In this document: piece by piece, positions 12,020 through 26,520 of the stretch
Layout: each line of letters starts with the position of its first letter
Numbering within the stretch: the first letter of the stretch is position 1
NCBI RefSeq assembly: GCF_006345805.1
Contig: NC_042998.1
Coordinates: forward strand, 38,502,001 to 38,566,000
Source: Octopus sinensis
Taxonomy: Eukaryota
Length of the DNA stretch: 64,000 nt
Direction of reading: 5' to 3'
The notes under the pieces: generated by a model
The model's database searches: none
Told to the model about the DNA's origin: nothing
What the model saw: the letters and a program-made list of their open reading frames with translations, nothing else
Position numbers and translations under genes: made by a program

Positions 12020-14355
12020 CTGTTTCGGAATATCGACATCGTGAAAGTGACGCCGACATTAGTCTCGGATTACAACATAATAGAGCTGACTATGTTTGGG
12101 CCGAAAGTAGCAAGAGACATACAGCCTTAAAGAAGCAGCCAAAATCTCTCCAATCTGAACTTCCACAAAGCAGATTGGAAATCGATCCGAAAAGAGATCG
12201 TCAGACACGACTAGCCGAAATGTCTCCACACCAGGCATTGGCATGAAACTAGAATATTTCATGTCTGTTATGCAAGCCATATTCCAGCAATATGTCCCAG
12301 AGTACAAGGCCAAATCAAATAGGAGCAAGATTCCAAGGAAGAGGAAGATCCTCATGAGACGACGGATGAAGGATGCAAATCGCCTCAACCAACATCCCAA
12401 AAGTAGCGAAAGATCCCACCTAAAAACTACACTGATGGAGATCGAAAAAAGGCTGCAACAATCCTATGTGAGGGAGAAAGCAGACAAAGAAGCCTGGGTT
12501 ATAAAAACATTAAGTCAAACCCAAAGGCCTTCTTTCATTATGCGAAAGAAACAGCCACAGTACGCAAGATAGGACCCCTCCTCCAAAAGGATGGCTCCCT
12601 CACAGACAGTCCAACTAAGATCAGTAAGGTACTGAATGACCAGTTCAAAAGTGTCTTTACCACCCCGTTGAAATACGAACAAGTGAACGAACCAGTGGAC
12701 TTCTTTGCCGCCTCACCTATAACCAGCGAGGCAATTACGATGGAATACATCGACATTAGCGAAGAAGATATACTATTAGCCATAGATGAGATGGACGCAA
12801 ACTTCCCAGCAATCCTTCTCAAATCGTGTAAGCGTGCTCTGGCGAAACCCCTCCAGATTCTCTTCCAGAGCTTTCTTGCAAATGGCTGACTGCCAAGCAA
12901 GTTGAAGGAAGGAATAATATACCCAATCCATAAAGGGGAAGCAGAGCAGATGCCAAAAACTATAGGCCTATCTCTCTGACTTCACACATGAGCAAAGTCA
13001 TGGAACAGATAGTCAGAGGGAAACTAATCGCATTCCTTGAAGAAAATAACTTGCTGAGTGATACCCAGCTTGGCTTTCGACCAGGTAGGAGCTGTCTGAC
13101 CCAGCTCTTACAACATTATGACTGGTTGCTGAGGCAGTTACTCAACAATTCAAATATGGACTTAATATACTTTGATTTTGCAAAAGATTTTGATAAAGTG
13201 GATCATGGTATGATATGCCACAAACTTCGTGATCTCGGAATAGCTGGAAAACATGGAGAGTGGTTACATGACTTTCTGAAAGATAGAAGTCAGGCAGTAG
13301 TGGCCAATTGAGCCACCTCAATGAAAACACAAATAGTGAGTGGTGTTCCACAGGGCACTGTCTTGGGACCACTGCTTTTCTTAGTGGCCCTCTCAGATAT
13401 GTCCTCAACTGCCCGGATAGCCACCCTTGCTAGCTATGCAGATGATACGAAAATACAGAACCGCAGCGATGTTGCCCTCCTGCAGCAGGAGGTAGACTCA
13501 GTTTACAATGGGCTGAAGATAATATGCAGTTTAATGCTGAAAATTTCCAAGCCCTGTGCTACCAGCATCCAACACTGAATATGAAACTTACAGGGTCCAC
13601 TGGTCCACTGAGTATTACAATCCCAGACCCTAAATCAGTGAGGGACTTGGATATCGACATGAGTGATAATACCTCTTTCTAAGTGCACATTACCAGGATG
13701 GCGACAAAGTGCAGACGACTGGCTTGATGGATCAAAAGAACATTCAGAACCAGAGATAAGGAAACCATGATGGTCCTCTGGATTACTGCTCCCAGCTATG
13801 GCCACCTAACAGTGTAAAATAAAGAAGGGACTTTGAAGCAATCTAGCGAAGCTTCACAAAGAAGATCGTCTCATTGCAACAGCTCAGCTACTGAGAAAGG
13901 CTGAAACAGCTAAGATTCTACTCCCTGGAGCGAAGACGGGAGAGATATGCAGTAATATACATCTGGATGATCCTGGAAGCAATTGTGCCAAATTTTGGCA
14001 TTGAAAGTTACACTAATGCCAGAACGGGTCGACATTGCATAGTGCCAAAGATCCCAGCAATACCATCGCGCTTCAGGACCAGTTACTGCAACAGCCTGGG
14101 TTTCAGGGGCCCACAGCTTTTCAATATTCTCCCAAAGAGCCTGAGGAACCTGCACAAAGTTTAAATCAAGGTTTGACCTCTTCCTGTTAAGACTCCCAGA
14201 TGAACTTACCTCACGGCAGGAGGTGCAAGTGAGAGTAGCGACATCAAACTCCATTCTTCACCAAGTGCCACATATTAGAGGAGGCTCTCAGTAATAACAG
14301 TATAGCAAAACGGCGGTATTCCAGCATGGCCACAGTTCCTAGCTGAAACAAAAAA
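12020..14355 (+). mobile_element. 5'-truncated, degenerate CR1/L2-like LINE (end of APE endonuclease, RT, 3' end)
   Basis: SDYNIIELT (SDH-like APE end), YRPISL, QLGFRPGRSC, DFAKDFDKVDH, SGVPQGTVLGPLLF, YADDTK, with many stops and frameshifts. 3' stem-loop ccagcatggccacag...gctgaaac. Confidence 0.92.
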
Positions 14356-14361
14356 GACGTG

Positions 14362-14432
<71 letters not shown>

Positions 14433-15328
14433 AGGTAGGTATATAGATAGATAGAGACGGGGAGAAAATGTTAGAATTGTGTCTATACCAGAAAATAATA
14501 TGATTAAATAAGTATATCATATTTGAACTAACCAGAAATTGATATCGCGAAATTGGCAAGGAAGGATCTCATTGGTGCTCCGGATTTTTTTATGACAAGA
14601 AAATATTAAAATTTTGTCTAAGATTTAATATTCCCACTGCAAAATTGTATTTTGTTTTCATCCCGACATGATCATTTTTCTCTTTATTTCATGTAATACA
14701 TCAAATGCTGTTGCTTAGAAAAAAATTATTACAAAAATAATAAAACATACATTGAAGTAAATAAATAATAAGGAAAAGTTGTATTTGCATTTAGTAGATA
14801 TGATTTATTCAGTTATTCTTTTTTGTTTTAAAACAAAACTCAAAAAGGAAAAAAAACACAATTACCAAACATTGCACAGAATAAATGTTAACAGATTTCT
14901 AAATAATGTTGACTAATAATTCCCAGAAATTGTGGGTTTCTATTTGAGCTAATTGACCGAAAAGTACTTATTATAGAAACTAACATTTATGAAATAAGAA
15001 TACTTAAGATTCCTTTCTTTACTTAAAGACAACAACGCAACATCGTAAAGAAATCGTAATAAATCACAAAAATCTCGAAACTGATTAAACAATCATTAAA
15101 AAATTAATCAACAGCTGTAACAGTAAAAAAAAAAAAAAAAAAACAGAGAAAGGAAATTGGAAGGGTTTGTGAATAAAGTGTAATAGTGTTTCATAACAAT
15201 GTACTTTGAAACGAATATCAATGAATGGACAAAACAAGAAACTTAATGTTGAAAAGATAATTATTATCTTTGACATATTGCACAAGCGAAACCTGTACAC
15301 ACACACACATGTTGTAAATATACTCTTT

Positions 15329-15692
15329 TACTCATTTCAGTCATTTGACTGCGGCCATGCTGGAGCACCGCCTTTAGTCGAAAAAAACCGACCACGGGAC
15401 TTATTCTTTGTAAGCCCAGTACTTATTCTATCGGTCTCTTTTGCCGAACCGTTAAGTGACGGGGACGTAAACACACCAGCATCGGTTGTCAAGCAATGCT
15501 AGGGGGACAAACACACACACACACACAAACAAATACACATACACACACATATATATATATATATATATACATATATACGACAGGCTTCTTTCAGTTTCCG
15601 TCTACCAAATCCACTCACAAGGCATTGGTCGGCCCGGGGCTATAGTAGAAGACACTTGCCCAAGATGCTACGCAGTGGGACTGAACCCTGCG
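15329..15692 (-). mobile_element. SINE family A
   Basis: Reverse complement matches 7130-7500. Confidence 0.88.
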
Positions 15693-16298
15693 CCTATGGA
15701 TTTAATTTTTTACACACGCCTACACTCTCACACGCCCACACATAAACATATAGTTGAATGTCATATATTTTGGTACGTGTTTATATTGTTATATAAATAA
15801 TAATTTTAAATATATACTTTTGTCTTAAATTTTCTTCTTTTCTTCGATTAAACTTGATACTTTCCCATACAATATGAATATTTGATGTTTTATTCGAAAT
15901 TTTCAACGCATTTAGGATTAATGCAAACAATAGCTGAGTATCGTAGAAATCGTATTTTCTTTTGTCATATTAGGCACACAAACTAATACAATGAACTATG
16001 TACGTTCCACCCACAGCTATTTCGAAGCAGAAATACTGCCAGACATACAATCACAATCATACAGAGACACGTAATTGTATTATCACGTGTAAGTAGAATT
16101 TAGTATATACATGTCTATGACTAGCGGGTAACATGCTCGTCATAAGATTAGATTTTTCAGCTTTTCGATTCTGGTTCCAAAATCATACTTTGGCAAGTAC
16201 ACAAAGAAAAATATATCTAGGAACGCACACGCAGATACAGCTGTATAATACGCGTGCGCGCACACACGCACATGTGTGTATGTATGTATGTATGTATG

Positions 16299-16334
<36 letters not shown>

Positions 16335-16426
16335 TATATGTATTCATTTCTATATATACATCCATATACATACATACATACACACACACATAAGATAGGA
16401 ACACGCATATTTAACAAATGTATCTT

Positions 16427-16490
<64 letters not shown>

Positions 16491-16579
16491 GTATGTATGT
16501 ATATATATAATTTGTTCTTACAGCTACATAGACGAAAAGAAATCTATATTAATTTCCATTTCACTTTTTCTTTCTCTCT

Positions 16580-16618
<39 letters not shown>

Positions 16619-17564
16619 CCTTCCACTTTTCCCTCTTTTCATTACCTCTCTTTCATAATATTATCTTTGCAAGTCCTCCATACTGGTGAGGCCGATGTGG
16701 ATGTTCAATTTCAACTACTTTATATTGATACCCGTAAAGAGGGACAGGAAGATTGTCCCAGAGGAATGCAATTTCGGAGAGGAAGAAGATGGAAAAGCGT
16801 TTATTGGATAAGGAGAGGCCAGCGTATCTTGGCGGTGGTGCGATATGCACAGACCAGGAAGAAGAGCATAAAGAGCGATAGACTGGTATCAGTGAGCATG
16901 TTGTTTCGGTTTCAACATGTGTGATTTCTTACTTCTTTTCTAACATAGATGGTGGATCGAAGTAACAGGATAAGGATATATATATATATATCCATCCATC
17001 ATATTTTGTGTTTGAAAAGGAGAGGAACTCTTTGAGATGCAACTTCGACGATGTATCTTGGCTCCAGCATAAAGTACATATTATGAAACAGCTTCTGTGT
17101 GTTGAATTTGTTGCCAAGCTGTCTGAAGGGACTACATTACTATATCCCTATCAGAGTATGATGTCCTCCACGAGTATGCATATAGACTTAGTACTAGTCT
17201 AGTGATGTCTAGATAAACTTCTGAATAATAGCTGTGCTGGGAAGTCAAGTGCAGAAGATCGGTGAAATTTGAGTAGTTAATTTTATTGACGTAGCATTAA
17301 TACACAGAGGAAAGAGGGACAGAAATATATTATAATAAAGCACCCAAGCGCACAAGTATGACTAGAATGCTGTGTGGAGAAAACACTGGTCACTATTTTG
17401 AAGAAGAATATGAGCAATCCCCGTCGATGTAACAAAAGATACGTGGAGGCTATTGAATATATTTATGTTTGTCATTATTCAGTGTTATTTCAAGGTTTCT
17501 TGCCAATAGAGATATGTATGTATGCATTTATGATTGTATGTTTGTATGTATATATATATATATA

Positions 17565-17610
17565 TAAACACTTATATACATATATATATATATATATATA
17601 CATAAACACT

Positions 17611-17654
<44 letters not shown>

Positions 17655-17840
17655 ACATACATAAACACTTATATATATATATATATATATATATACATAA
17701 ACACTTATATACATATATATATATATATATAAACACTTATATACATATATATTATATATATATATATATACATAAACACTTATATATATATATATACATA
17801 AACGCTTATATACATACATATATACACTTATACATACACA
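17565..17840. repeat. Minisatellite taaacactta(ta)n, about 8-9 units
   Basis: Directly visible. Confidence 0.9.
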
Positions 17841-18790
17841 CACACATATATATATATGGAGAGTGAGTGGGAGAAGGAGCGAGAGATGTAGATATAGATT
17901 TATGTAAAATCTTTATTTACCATTTTATATGGCCTAATGACCTGCAAGACGAAGTACTGCGCAAAGAATGGAAAGATTTATGTGAAAATGAGAGATTGGA
18001 TTTTGACTGTGTAATCAAATTGAATTAGTTATCAAGAAAAAATCCTGGAAATACTATCTCTGTTATAGACTGTCAATGTATTCTTTCCTATCTACTTATC
18101 GCCATGAAATTAGAGAGAGAATCGACTGTTATGACTCCCAAATTGTCTCGGACAGTGATACCAGCCATTAAAACTCACAAGAGTGTCTCCAAGACAGTGC
18201 TTAATAAACCTTCACACATTCAAACACTCATACATAGAAAGAGCTGTAAGGAGCAAATTTCAGTTGCATGCCCTAATAGTTGTGTTTTTTTATGCGTATA
18301 CTTTTCATGAATCGTTAATCGCATGGATATATACATAAATGGGTAAAAATAAATGTGTATACATACACACATACATCACACACACACGCGCACACATGGG
18401 ACCTCGCTGTTGCAATTCTGTAAGAGTCACTCTTATCGTCATAATAAATGAGCGTACCTTGCACTCGACGCATTGAATATCTTTCTTTAATACTGGTTCG
18501 CTCCGGTTCTAACGGAACTCCCAACTACAGTTATATGCACACATCACAAAACCATAAACGTCACAAACATAATATGCACTCCCTCGCTCTGACACACTCA
18601 CACACAGATAAAAGCGCACAAACAGTCATGTATGTATATGCATATATGCAGGCATATATATGTATATATAAGTATAAATGTGTGTGCTTATATGTATGTG
18701 TGTGTGTATTTATGAATACATATATGTGTGCATATATATGTATGTATGCGTACAGTGATAATTTTCTTTGATAAGTTGGTGTTCTCAATT

Positions 18791-19033
18791 TTATTCTATT
18801 TGCTCCATCCTCATATCGATGGCGTGGAACTTGTGTGGTTGAAACGCCGTTCGCATATTTCCGTTCGGTGTCGTATTAGTGAAGGCTGTACGCGTCCTTG
18901 CCTTGTAGTGAATGGCACTTTGCCGGCGGAAGACACCCGTGTCGTAGGTGGACATGCTTATTCTTCGTCTCATTAGCCTCTTCAAGCAAATGCAACATGG
19001 AAATATTTTCACGCACAGGTTAACTAAGTCAGC
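18791..19033 (-). CDS. Terminal coding exon of the same GPCR (helix 8 and C-terminal tail)
   Basis: Strong acceptor ttttcttttctattttgcag, then phase-0 ADLVNLCVKIFPCCICLKRLMRRRIS...MEQIE-stop (80 aa). Joins to give YGFTNESFR|ADLVNLC, a plausible helix 8, followed by a Cys cluster (palmitoylation-like) and a Ser/Thr-rich tail with RRxS sites. Confidence 0.8.
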   Translation of the reverse strand, partial: ADLVNLCVKIFPCCICLKRLMRRRISMSTYDTGVFRRQSAIHYKARTRTAFTNTTPNGNMRTAFQPHKFHAIDMRMEQIE

Positions 19034-19099
19034 CTGCAAAATAGAAAAGAAAATACAGAAAAATAAAAATTAGTATAATTATAAACAAGGCATTCATTT

Positions 19100-19126
19100 G
19101 GTGATCGGAAACTGAAAGAAGCCCAT

Positions 19127-19199
<73 letters not shown>

Positions 19200-19362
19200 G
19201 CACGTATATGCGTATGTCTTTTTTTTTGTTCCCACCATAGCTTGCAAAAGAAACTTATAGAATGAGTACCAGGATTTAAGGATAAGTACTGGGTCGATTT
19301 GCTTGACTGAACTCTTGAAGGTGGAATCCCAGCATAATAACTGAAACGAGTAAAGACTAAAG
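19100..19362 (+). mobile_element. SINE family A, 3' part, diverged
   Basis: ggaaactgaaagaagcc...gataagtactgggtcgatttgcttgact...ccagcataataactgaaac. Confidence 0.7.
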
Positions 19363-20989
19363 ACAAAACCTGAGATTGCTAGGGGATCACTTATTTGTTT
19401 TTCTGTAACTTTAACTGCATATTGTTTTAGCATCGACGCTAATCGCTCTAACATAACGAGGATCTGTAGATCGATTAAAAGTTGTGAAGTACTGGTGGAC
19501 TAAATTCATTAAAATCTTGTGCATTCTTAAATATATTTTAATGATCCGACAATTTGCTTTTCACTCCCCACAGGGTAGGTAAATTTGTAAAATAAAATGT
19601 GTGTGATTCTGTTGAGCCATGAAAAAAATTCGTTTTCTTCATTAATATTTATCAGTATGCATTTACAAGCATTATTTGTAAAGTATACATTACGACAAAT
19701 CCCTCTGCGAGAATCCAGCCAACCGACCAACCAGCTAGCCAGCCAGCCAGCGCAGTCGAGAAGTAGTTGAAGTGTTTCTGTTGAACTGAGGCTAATTTAT
19801 TGTATTCCCCAGAGGAATCATTTCTGTTTTCATAAAACCGCTCATTAAACACCTACACACACACATGTACAACGTAGACATGCACACGCTGACTCACATA
19901 GGTTCACATATACATTTATATAGATGCGTGCGTATGTATGTACGTATGTATACTAATTGAAATTAATGAGAAGTTTATCGCGCAGAAGCGATACAGGATT
20001 CTATACGATGTTGTATCAGGCACATTAACATACAATATATTTATACCAGTCCGTGGGGATGCACATTACACTTTGTAAAAACTCGCATATTCATTTACAA
20101 AACGTGATAATCAATGTTTATATCACTTCTTCTACATTTCGAAATGAGTCGGCAAATGATACGAAGCAAACAATAAAGTTGAATATTAAACAATTTTACA
20201 TTATTCAACTCGCGGTTGACATGTCAAAGGTTTTGGAGGCAATGTTCTATGCATCAGTTCCGTTTTGTATGTCTTACAGATCAATGTGAAATTATCTGAA
20301 GGACAGTGTCAAGACTTTGAAACAATTGATCTGTTTTAGCTTTTTACTTTTCTTTTTTTTCCTAGACTCGTTCATGTTCCCTAACGACGCGTTTGATGTC
20401 TATAGAAAGGAATAGAACTGTTTTCTATATATTCTATTATATATCATTTGATGTTTTCCTAAGCATGCAATATGAAACTTTTACTGCAGACATAACTTGT
20501 ATTGAAAATGCATACTAATCAACAATATATATACAATATGACAAAACCTAGACAAACATCTTCGAAAACACTAACAACAAACAGAAATTCATATGTCTCA
20601 GAAATGTTTATACGAAACTAATTAGATATTTTCTCAGCGAATAACTCTAAACATCCTAATCAATGTTTCAAAGTCTCTCAAAGCAAGCTAAATGTGTCTT
20701 AAGGGAAGTTATCTTGAAACATTTTCTCTAAGTATGTTAACGTTAAATAAACGAGAAGGCGTTTTAGTTCAGTACTATCAGACTCTGTGGTATTTATGCT
20801 GCAACAAAATTAGCATCGATTGTTGCATAAGAGTGGTTTACGTGCATTGCTATTTATTTTACATATCAATTATTTCGTTGCTATTCATTCTTCGTTCATG
20901 GTAAAATTATAGCCTTCAAAATGAAACCCAAATAAACTTTCTGTTGTCCTAGATATACTACTGTGGTTATCGATATTGACTTCAAATTT

Positions 20990-21150
20990 TGGCACAAGGC
21001 CATCAATTTTATGGAAGAGGTAAATCGTTTACATCGATCTCAGTGCTCAACTGGTACTTATTTTATTGACCCAGAAATGTTGAAAGGCAAAGTCGACCAC
21101 GGCAGAATTTGAACTCAGAACGTAAAGACGAATGCAATACCGCCAACCAT
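20990..21150 (-). mobile_element. SINE family B, partial
   Basis: aaaggcaaagtcgaccacggcagaatttgaactcagaacgtaaag. Confidence 0.8.
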
Positions 21151-21554
21151 TTTGATTATAATTATTTATATTACTGTTACTTTCAAGGTTCCTCAAAGCA
21201 TTATAATCAGAAAGTTTTTCAGCTGATATTCAGTGCAGTGATGTAGTGGTTTTGGTCATACACTCGCTTATTGCACAAGGGCATGCCTTACCTACGTTCC
21301 ATACAATAACATCCTGTTCCATTGATTTGCACCGGAACGGCATTTTTGGATGCTGCTAATGATGTGAGTGATAATTTACAGCCACAAGTATTCTAATATT
21401 ATTTTGAATTTCCTTAAAGAACTCAAATTTCTGTTGTATTTATTTAAGAATTGAAAAAAGAGAGAAATTGCTGTGCACAATAGTTAGAGTAAACATAGCA
21501 ACGTATATGAATAAAGATTGAGGAATATTGTGCAATGGACTAGATACAGTGCCT

Positions 21555-21950
21555 ATTCTAGGCACGAGGCCCGAAATGTTGGGGGAGGGGAGGCAGTCGA
21601 TTAGATCGACAACAGTACGCAACTGATACTTAATTTATCGACCCCGAAAGGATGAAAGGCAAAGTCGTCCTCGGCGGAATTTGAACTAAGAACGTAGCGG
21701 CAGACGAAATATCTATTTCTTTATTTCCCACAAGGGGCTAAACACAAAGGATACAAACAAGGACAGACATACGGATTAAGTCGGCTACCTCGACCCCAGT
21801 GCGTAACTGGTATTTATTTAATCGACCCCGAAAGGATGAAAGGTAAAGTCGACCTCGGCGGAATTTGAACTCAGAACGTAACAGCGGACGAAACACGGCT
21901 ACGCATTTCGCCCGGCGTCCTAACGTTTATGCCAGCCCACCGCCTCAAGT
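21555..21950 (-). mobile_element. Two tandem or nested SINE family B copies
   Basis: atcgaccccgaaaggatgaaagg.aaagtcg.cctcggcggaatttgaact at about 21635 and 21820. Confidence 0.85.
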
Positions 21951-22672
21951 TGCCAAAATAGGGCAAAAGTTTGACTCAAAACAATATATGAAATAATTAA
22001 TGTAAAGATTTTCAGAGATTTACGGTTTTCAAAAATTAGAATCTCGTGAAGGGAGGGATTGCAAGGATGGGGGGTGGGGAATGAATGGTAACCGAATTCC
22101 TAATACCCAATGAATCATTGGTTACATTAAATAAGCACTAAACCAACAATTATAAAAACGACTTGGCCATCGAAAATATGGCCTTATTCATCGTTCCACC
22201 GAAACCTTCTAAGGGCAATTCAAAATATTTGCAGGGTTATATATGTTCCCTTGTTATTTGAGCTACATATTGAACGATAAACCTTTTCTCTTATAAAGAA
22301 TGGAAGGAAAAAAGATAGAATACGGGATGTTTTGTTTCTAATGTATTGGAGGTAGTCCATGGGGTTAGTGTTGGTGCTTAGTATTGCTACTCTCTAGATT
22401 CGCACTGAAGTTTTAATTAAACATGTATTTGTATTATCATTTTTAATGATAATGTAAAGGATACAGCTATCAATTCGAGAATTGTGTTGCCTATATTTCC
22501 AGTTTTTAATATGAAATTAGCAAAGAAGCAGATAAATTAGGGCTTGGAGTAGGGCTGGGGAGATATCTCAAGAAGATTTCCAGAAATAATTGAACGTCTT
22601 TGAAAACTGCATGAAGAAGACTGAAAAACAAATATTTTGACAGAGTTGAAAACAACGTATCTCAGTAACATG

Positions 22673-22714
<42 letters not shown>

Positions 22715-25700
22715 TATTAAAGCATTTTTTAGTGCCCCTCATACCGTATGGCTCTCGCTTATTGCACTAGGGCATACCTTACCTACGTTCCATTGATTGC
22801 ATAGCTAGAAATCAACTAAAGAGATACACTATGCATTATGCGACAATTTTTCTACTCAGCAGCTGTAAATCGAAAGAAGAGAATTTAGTAGGGTATTATT
22901 TATTGCCAAGAAGCAATATGAAATGTTTGTTATTTAGTTTCCCCGTGGTTTTCAACTTGCTACTTGCTTTTGTTGAATATGATCGTAAAAGATGTTACAA
23001 ATCATTTTTATATGCAACAACAAACTCTACGCAACAGCCTGGGATGAAATTACACTTGAATAAGATTGTAAAAGGGGAATACACTTGGTGAACTATGCTT
23101 TTACTTGACCAATACGTCTTCGCTCTAAATGCTACATCTATCATTAAACCAGTACCACTGCTTTAAATGTTGCAACTAAACCAGAAGATTCGTAGTACAC
23201 AAGCAAGCCATTAGCATGTACAGGCTTTCAGTCATCATGCAGTCCCCGAAAAGACCGAACAGTGCAATGGGGTGAACATCATTCCATGCTGCTATCTATG
23301 GAGAATCTTGGCGGGATTTGTATGTACATTCATACCGGGAATAGTAAGTTGCCAACAGACGATAAACTCTTTTGTCACGAAAGTGAATGTACAAAGTTTG
23401 GCCGAACATGGCAAGAACCGAGAATTGCGAATCCTCTTTTCAATATATCAAGTAGTGATAACATGGTGTTGCTGTTTATACTTTCACTTTGCATTTCGCT
23501 ATCTCAGACAGCATAATTTCTTTTAATTGAATTGAGCAATCAGCTACAGTGTAGGCCATATAAAGTCAAGCTCTATACTTACTTTATATCCCATCACCAT
23601 GCCCCCCCCCCCAATTTTTGCCACTTTTGTTCAAGTTTATTAAACTTGAAATTTGATACAATTGGGATCATGTTGTTGTTGTTGTCGCGACGAAAATTTG
23701 AGTTAGCTTTTGTTTGCAAGTCATAACCAACGAAAACATGTAGCAGACGTGTATACTGTTATTGAGAATGCTTTTGTAATTTGTTTAGCCAACGGTCAGC
23801 TCTGATCGAATAAACCGGCCAAACCACTCGATCACTTTCTGTATTCAGCGACTACAGTCATCTAATGGGCACTTTATTTTTAAGAGAGCAATATATGATT
23901 TGACAGCCACCTGAGCGGTCTCACGGAGATTGATAAAGGCAGTATTAAAATCTACCGGGATGAGATCAATTGTCCAACCATTTTCTAGAAAATACTTCTA
24001 AGAAGCTTGGATGTTGTCTACTTTTAGTACAGTCTTATAGTTCATTGTTATTTTAATGAAATTCACAATAGTGCGATCAAATGCATGTACCACTTCCATT
24101 TTGACAAACCAGTAATGGTGGGGCAATTAAAAAGTTTCATTTAGTCATTCGTCATCTTTAGAGTGGTGATTTTATTGGAAATACTCTTCGGTTATAGTTA
24201 TCATCATGCATCTGTCAAATACAGATATCCAAGCATATAGCATGCTCCTTTTGTGTACTTTCACATTATCCAGTAGCATTATTTTAATAAGGGGCTGGAA
24301 AATTGTCGCATGTGATCTGGCTGAACACCCCTTCTGTTCTCTAAGGATTATTAGTTTCTTTTTCATTTCTTTTTTTGTAAGTGCTCAATGATTCTTTTCG
24401 GTGATTCCTTATAAATTGCTTGAAGAGTCATCTGTTGGCGTCTAGCAACATTTTCTTTTGCCAATAAGGAGCGTCCCACGTACTTTGTAAGAAGCTGGTG
24501 TAGGTGAGCATTGCCTGCAATTGCCGTCTGCCAAATGACGAACTTTTGATGTTGTTAAAACATTGTTATGCTTTGGAGAGATGACTTTTCAAAATCGTTT
24601 ATTGTCACATAATTCTAAGAAGCTATATTTTCGCCTAACCTTCGTTTTCAGAATCGGATTTCTAAACAGCTTCTAATTTCCACTGTTATGTTATTTCCAC
24701 GTATTGTTTTACGTAACTATTTCAAGTTGATTTCAAAGATGTTATTTTGAGAGAATTTTTGTTCTTCTTTAATGCCGTTCCTTTTCAATCGATTATTTAA
24801 GGCGGATAAGTTTGGTTTTAAGCATTCGGGTGTTTGCAGTTGCGTGTAATCACCGTTTCTATTTATTTTACTAAATTATAATGTGAGCATAAAATACTGA
24901 GATCTTCCAAAATTTCTGTACAAATTGAAACCCAAACGTTAAATTCCGGGAATATATAATGAAAGCCGTAATTGAAAAGTGGTTCCAATGACAAGGTATA
25001 TGAAGAATCCAATTTAGACAAACCAAAGTTAATCATTAAACGAAATATCAAAGAGTATATTCTCAGACAAGAGGAAGGAGATTGCATAGTTAACGAGAAC
25101 ATAACTGACAGTATTCTGGTTAGTAAGCAATAACTAGTTAACCTACAAATGACAAAAAGGTTCGCTGAAATATCAACAATCTGAAAGATACAACTAATTA
25201 AATGATAGAAAAGTTCGTAGTTAATAAGATGCTATGAATGAAAAAGTGTAAACAAATGCGAATTGAATAAAAAATGAAGATTTATAAAGAATATTATTCC
25301 GTTACAAGTGAGACAGACGATTCATCTCTCCGAATCAGAAGAGATATAAAAGGATACTCTACGGTGAAAGAACGAACGTCACAGACAATTAGCGAAAACA
25401 CTGAAGAACAAAAGCTTCGGTACTCTAACTTTACAGAATCAACTGTTTAATAATTTAGTTAACAAAGCTACGCTGCAACTTCACTTTCAGCGAAAGTCGT
25501 TAGATCATTAATACATGCCAAAATATGAGAAAATGCGACGATAATATTCTTGTTAAAGACATGAAGTTAATCAGAGACAGAAAATCGTTGAAAATTATAA
25601 CAAAACAAAAGAAAATTCTTATTAACAATATGATTTCAGATCATATTCTTTAGTTAATCATTCTATACTTGAAGAAGAAGCGCGATATTCCATTACGAGA

Positions 25701-26054
25701 TCATTTTCTGTTTATTTATAATTGCTATGTTTACCAGTTTGCTCGAAGCTGAAAAAATATAACTTCAAATGAATCTAGATTACGAATATACTGTAGGTCA
25801 CCTTTCAAGGGGAAAAGGAAGGTTGGTACACATCTATTGCTTCCACGAGCATAACAGTTGCTTGTGATTAACAACCAACAAATGTAAAGTCATGAATCAT
25901 CGATGTATCGTTCGGTCTCAAAATTTCTAAAGATGTGGGCAATGTCTGTGTATATGTTTGTGTGAGGTCCGAGTGTGTGTCTAATTGCGCTTTATGTACA
26001 TGTATGAATGCGTACGTATGCATATACTTGTGTGTGTGTGTATGTATGTATATA

Positions 26055-26135
<81 letters not shown>

Positions 26136-26269
26136 CATATATTTGGACACCTGACGTTCCCAAGCCTTTTTTGCCATTTACTGAATCTATTTGACACATT
26201 TTAGAGTAAGTTACAAGTGCATTTGTAGGTTTCTGCCAACCAGCCGATTCAATGATTTTACTAAGATTC

Positions 26270-26520
26270 GGAGTACAGGAAGTACCTGTGTAGATTAATA
26301 ATTTTCAGTGGGTGTAGCTTGCACCACACTACCCCCACCTATTGGTCCAAGAAGACTTTCGCCGGTGTGACATGAAAATTGATAAAACCAGGAACTTCCA
26401 AGGCCTCAGGTTTTATTTCGGAGATTTCCTTCTCCTAGGTAGAGTACCAACCAAGGTTAAAGAGCTTCTACCTGCCCATGAGGTAAGCTATCCCATTCCA
26501 GACACACAAACCGACACTCA
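26270..26520 (-). mobile_element. Possible RTE-type LINE 3' UTR relic
   Basis: Motif ccttctcctaggtagagtaccaaccaaggttaaagagc resembles RTE 3' UTRs; no coding support. Confidence 0.25.

Noticed and set aside
23262-23526. Two overlapping non-repetitive plus-strand ORFs
   Set aside because: No recognisable domain, splice signals or bounded exon.
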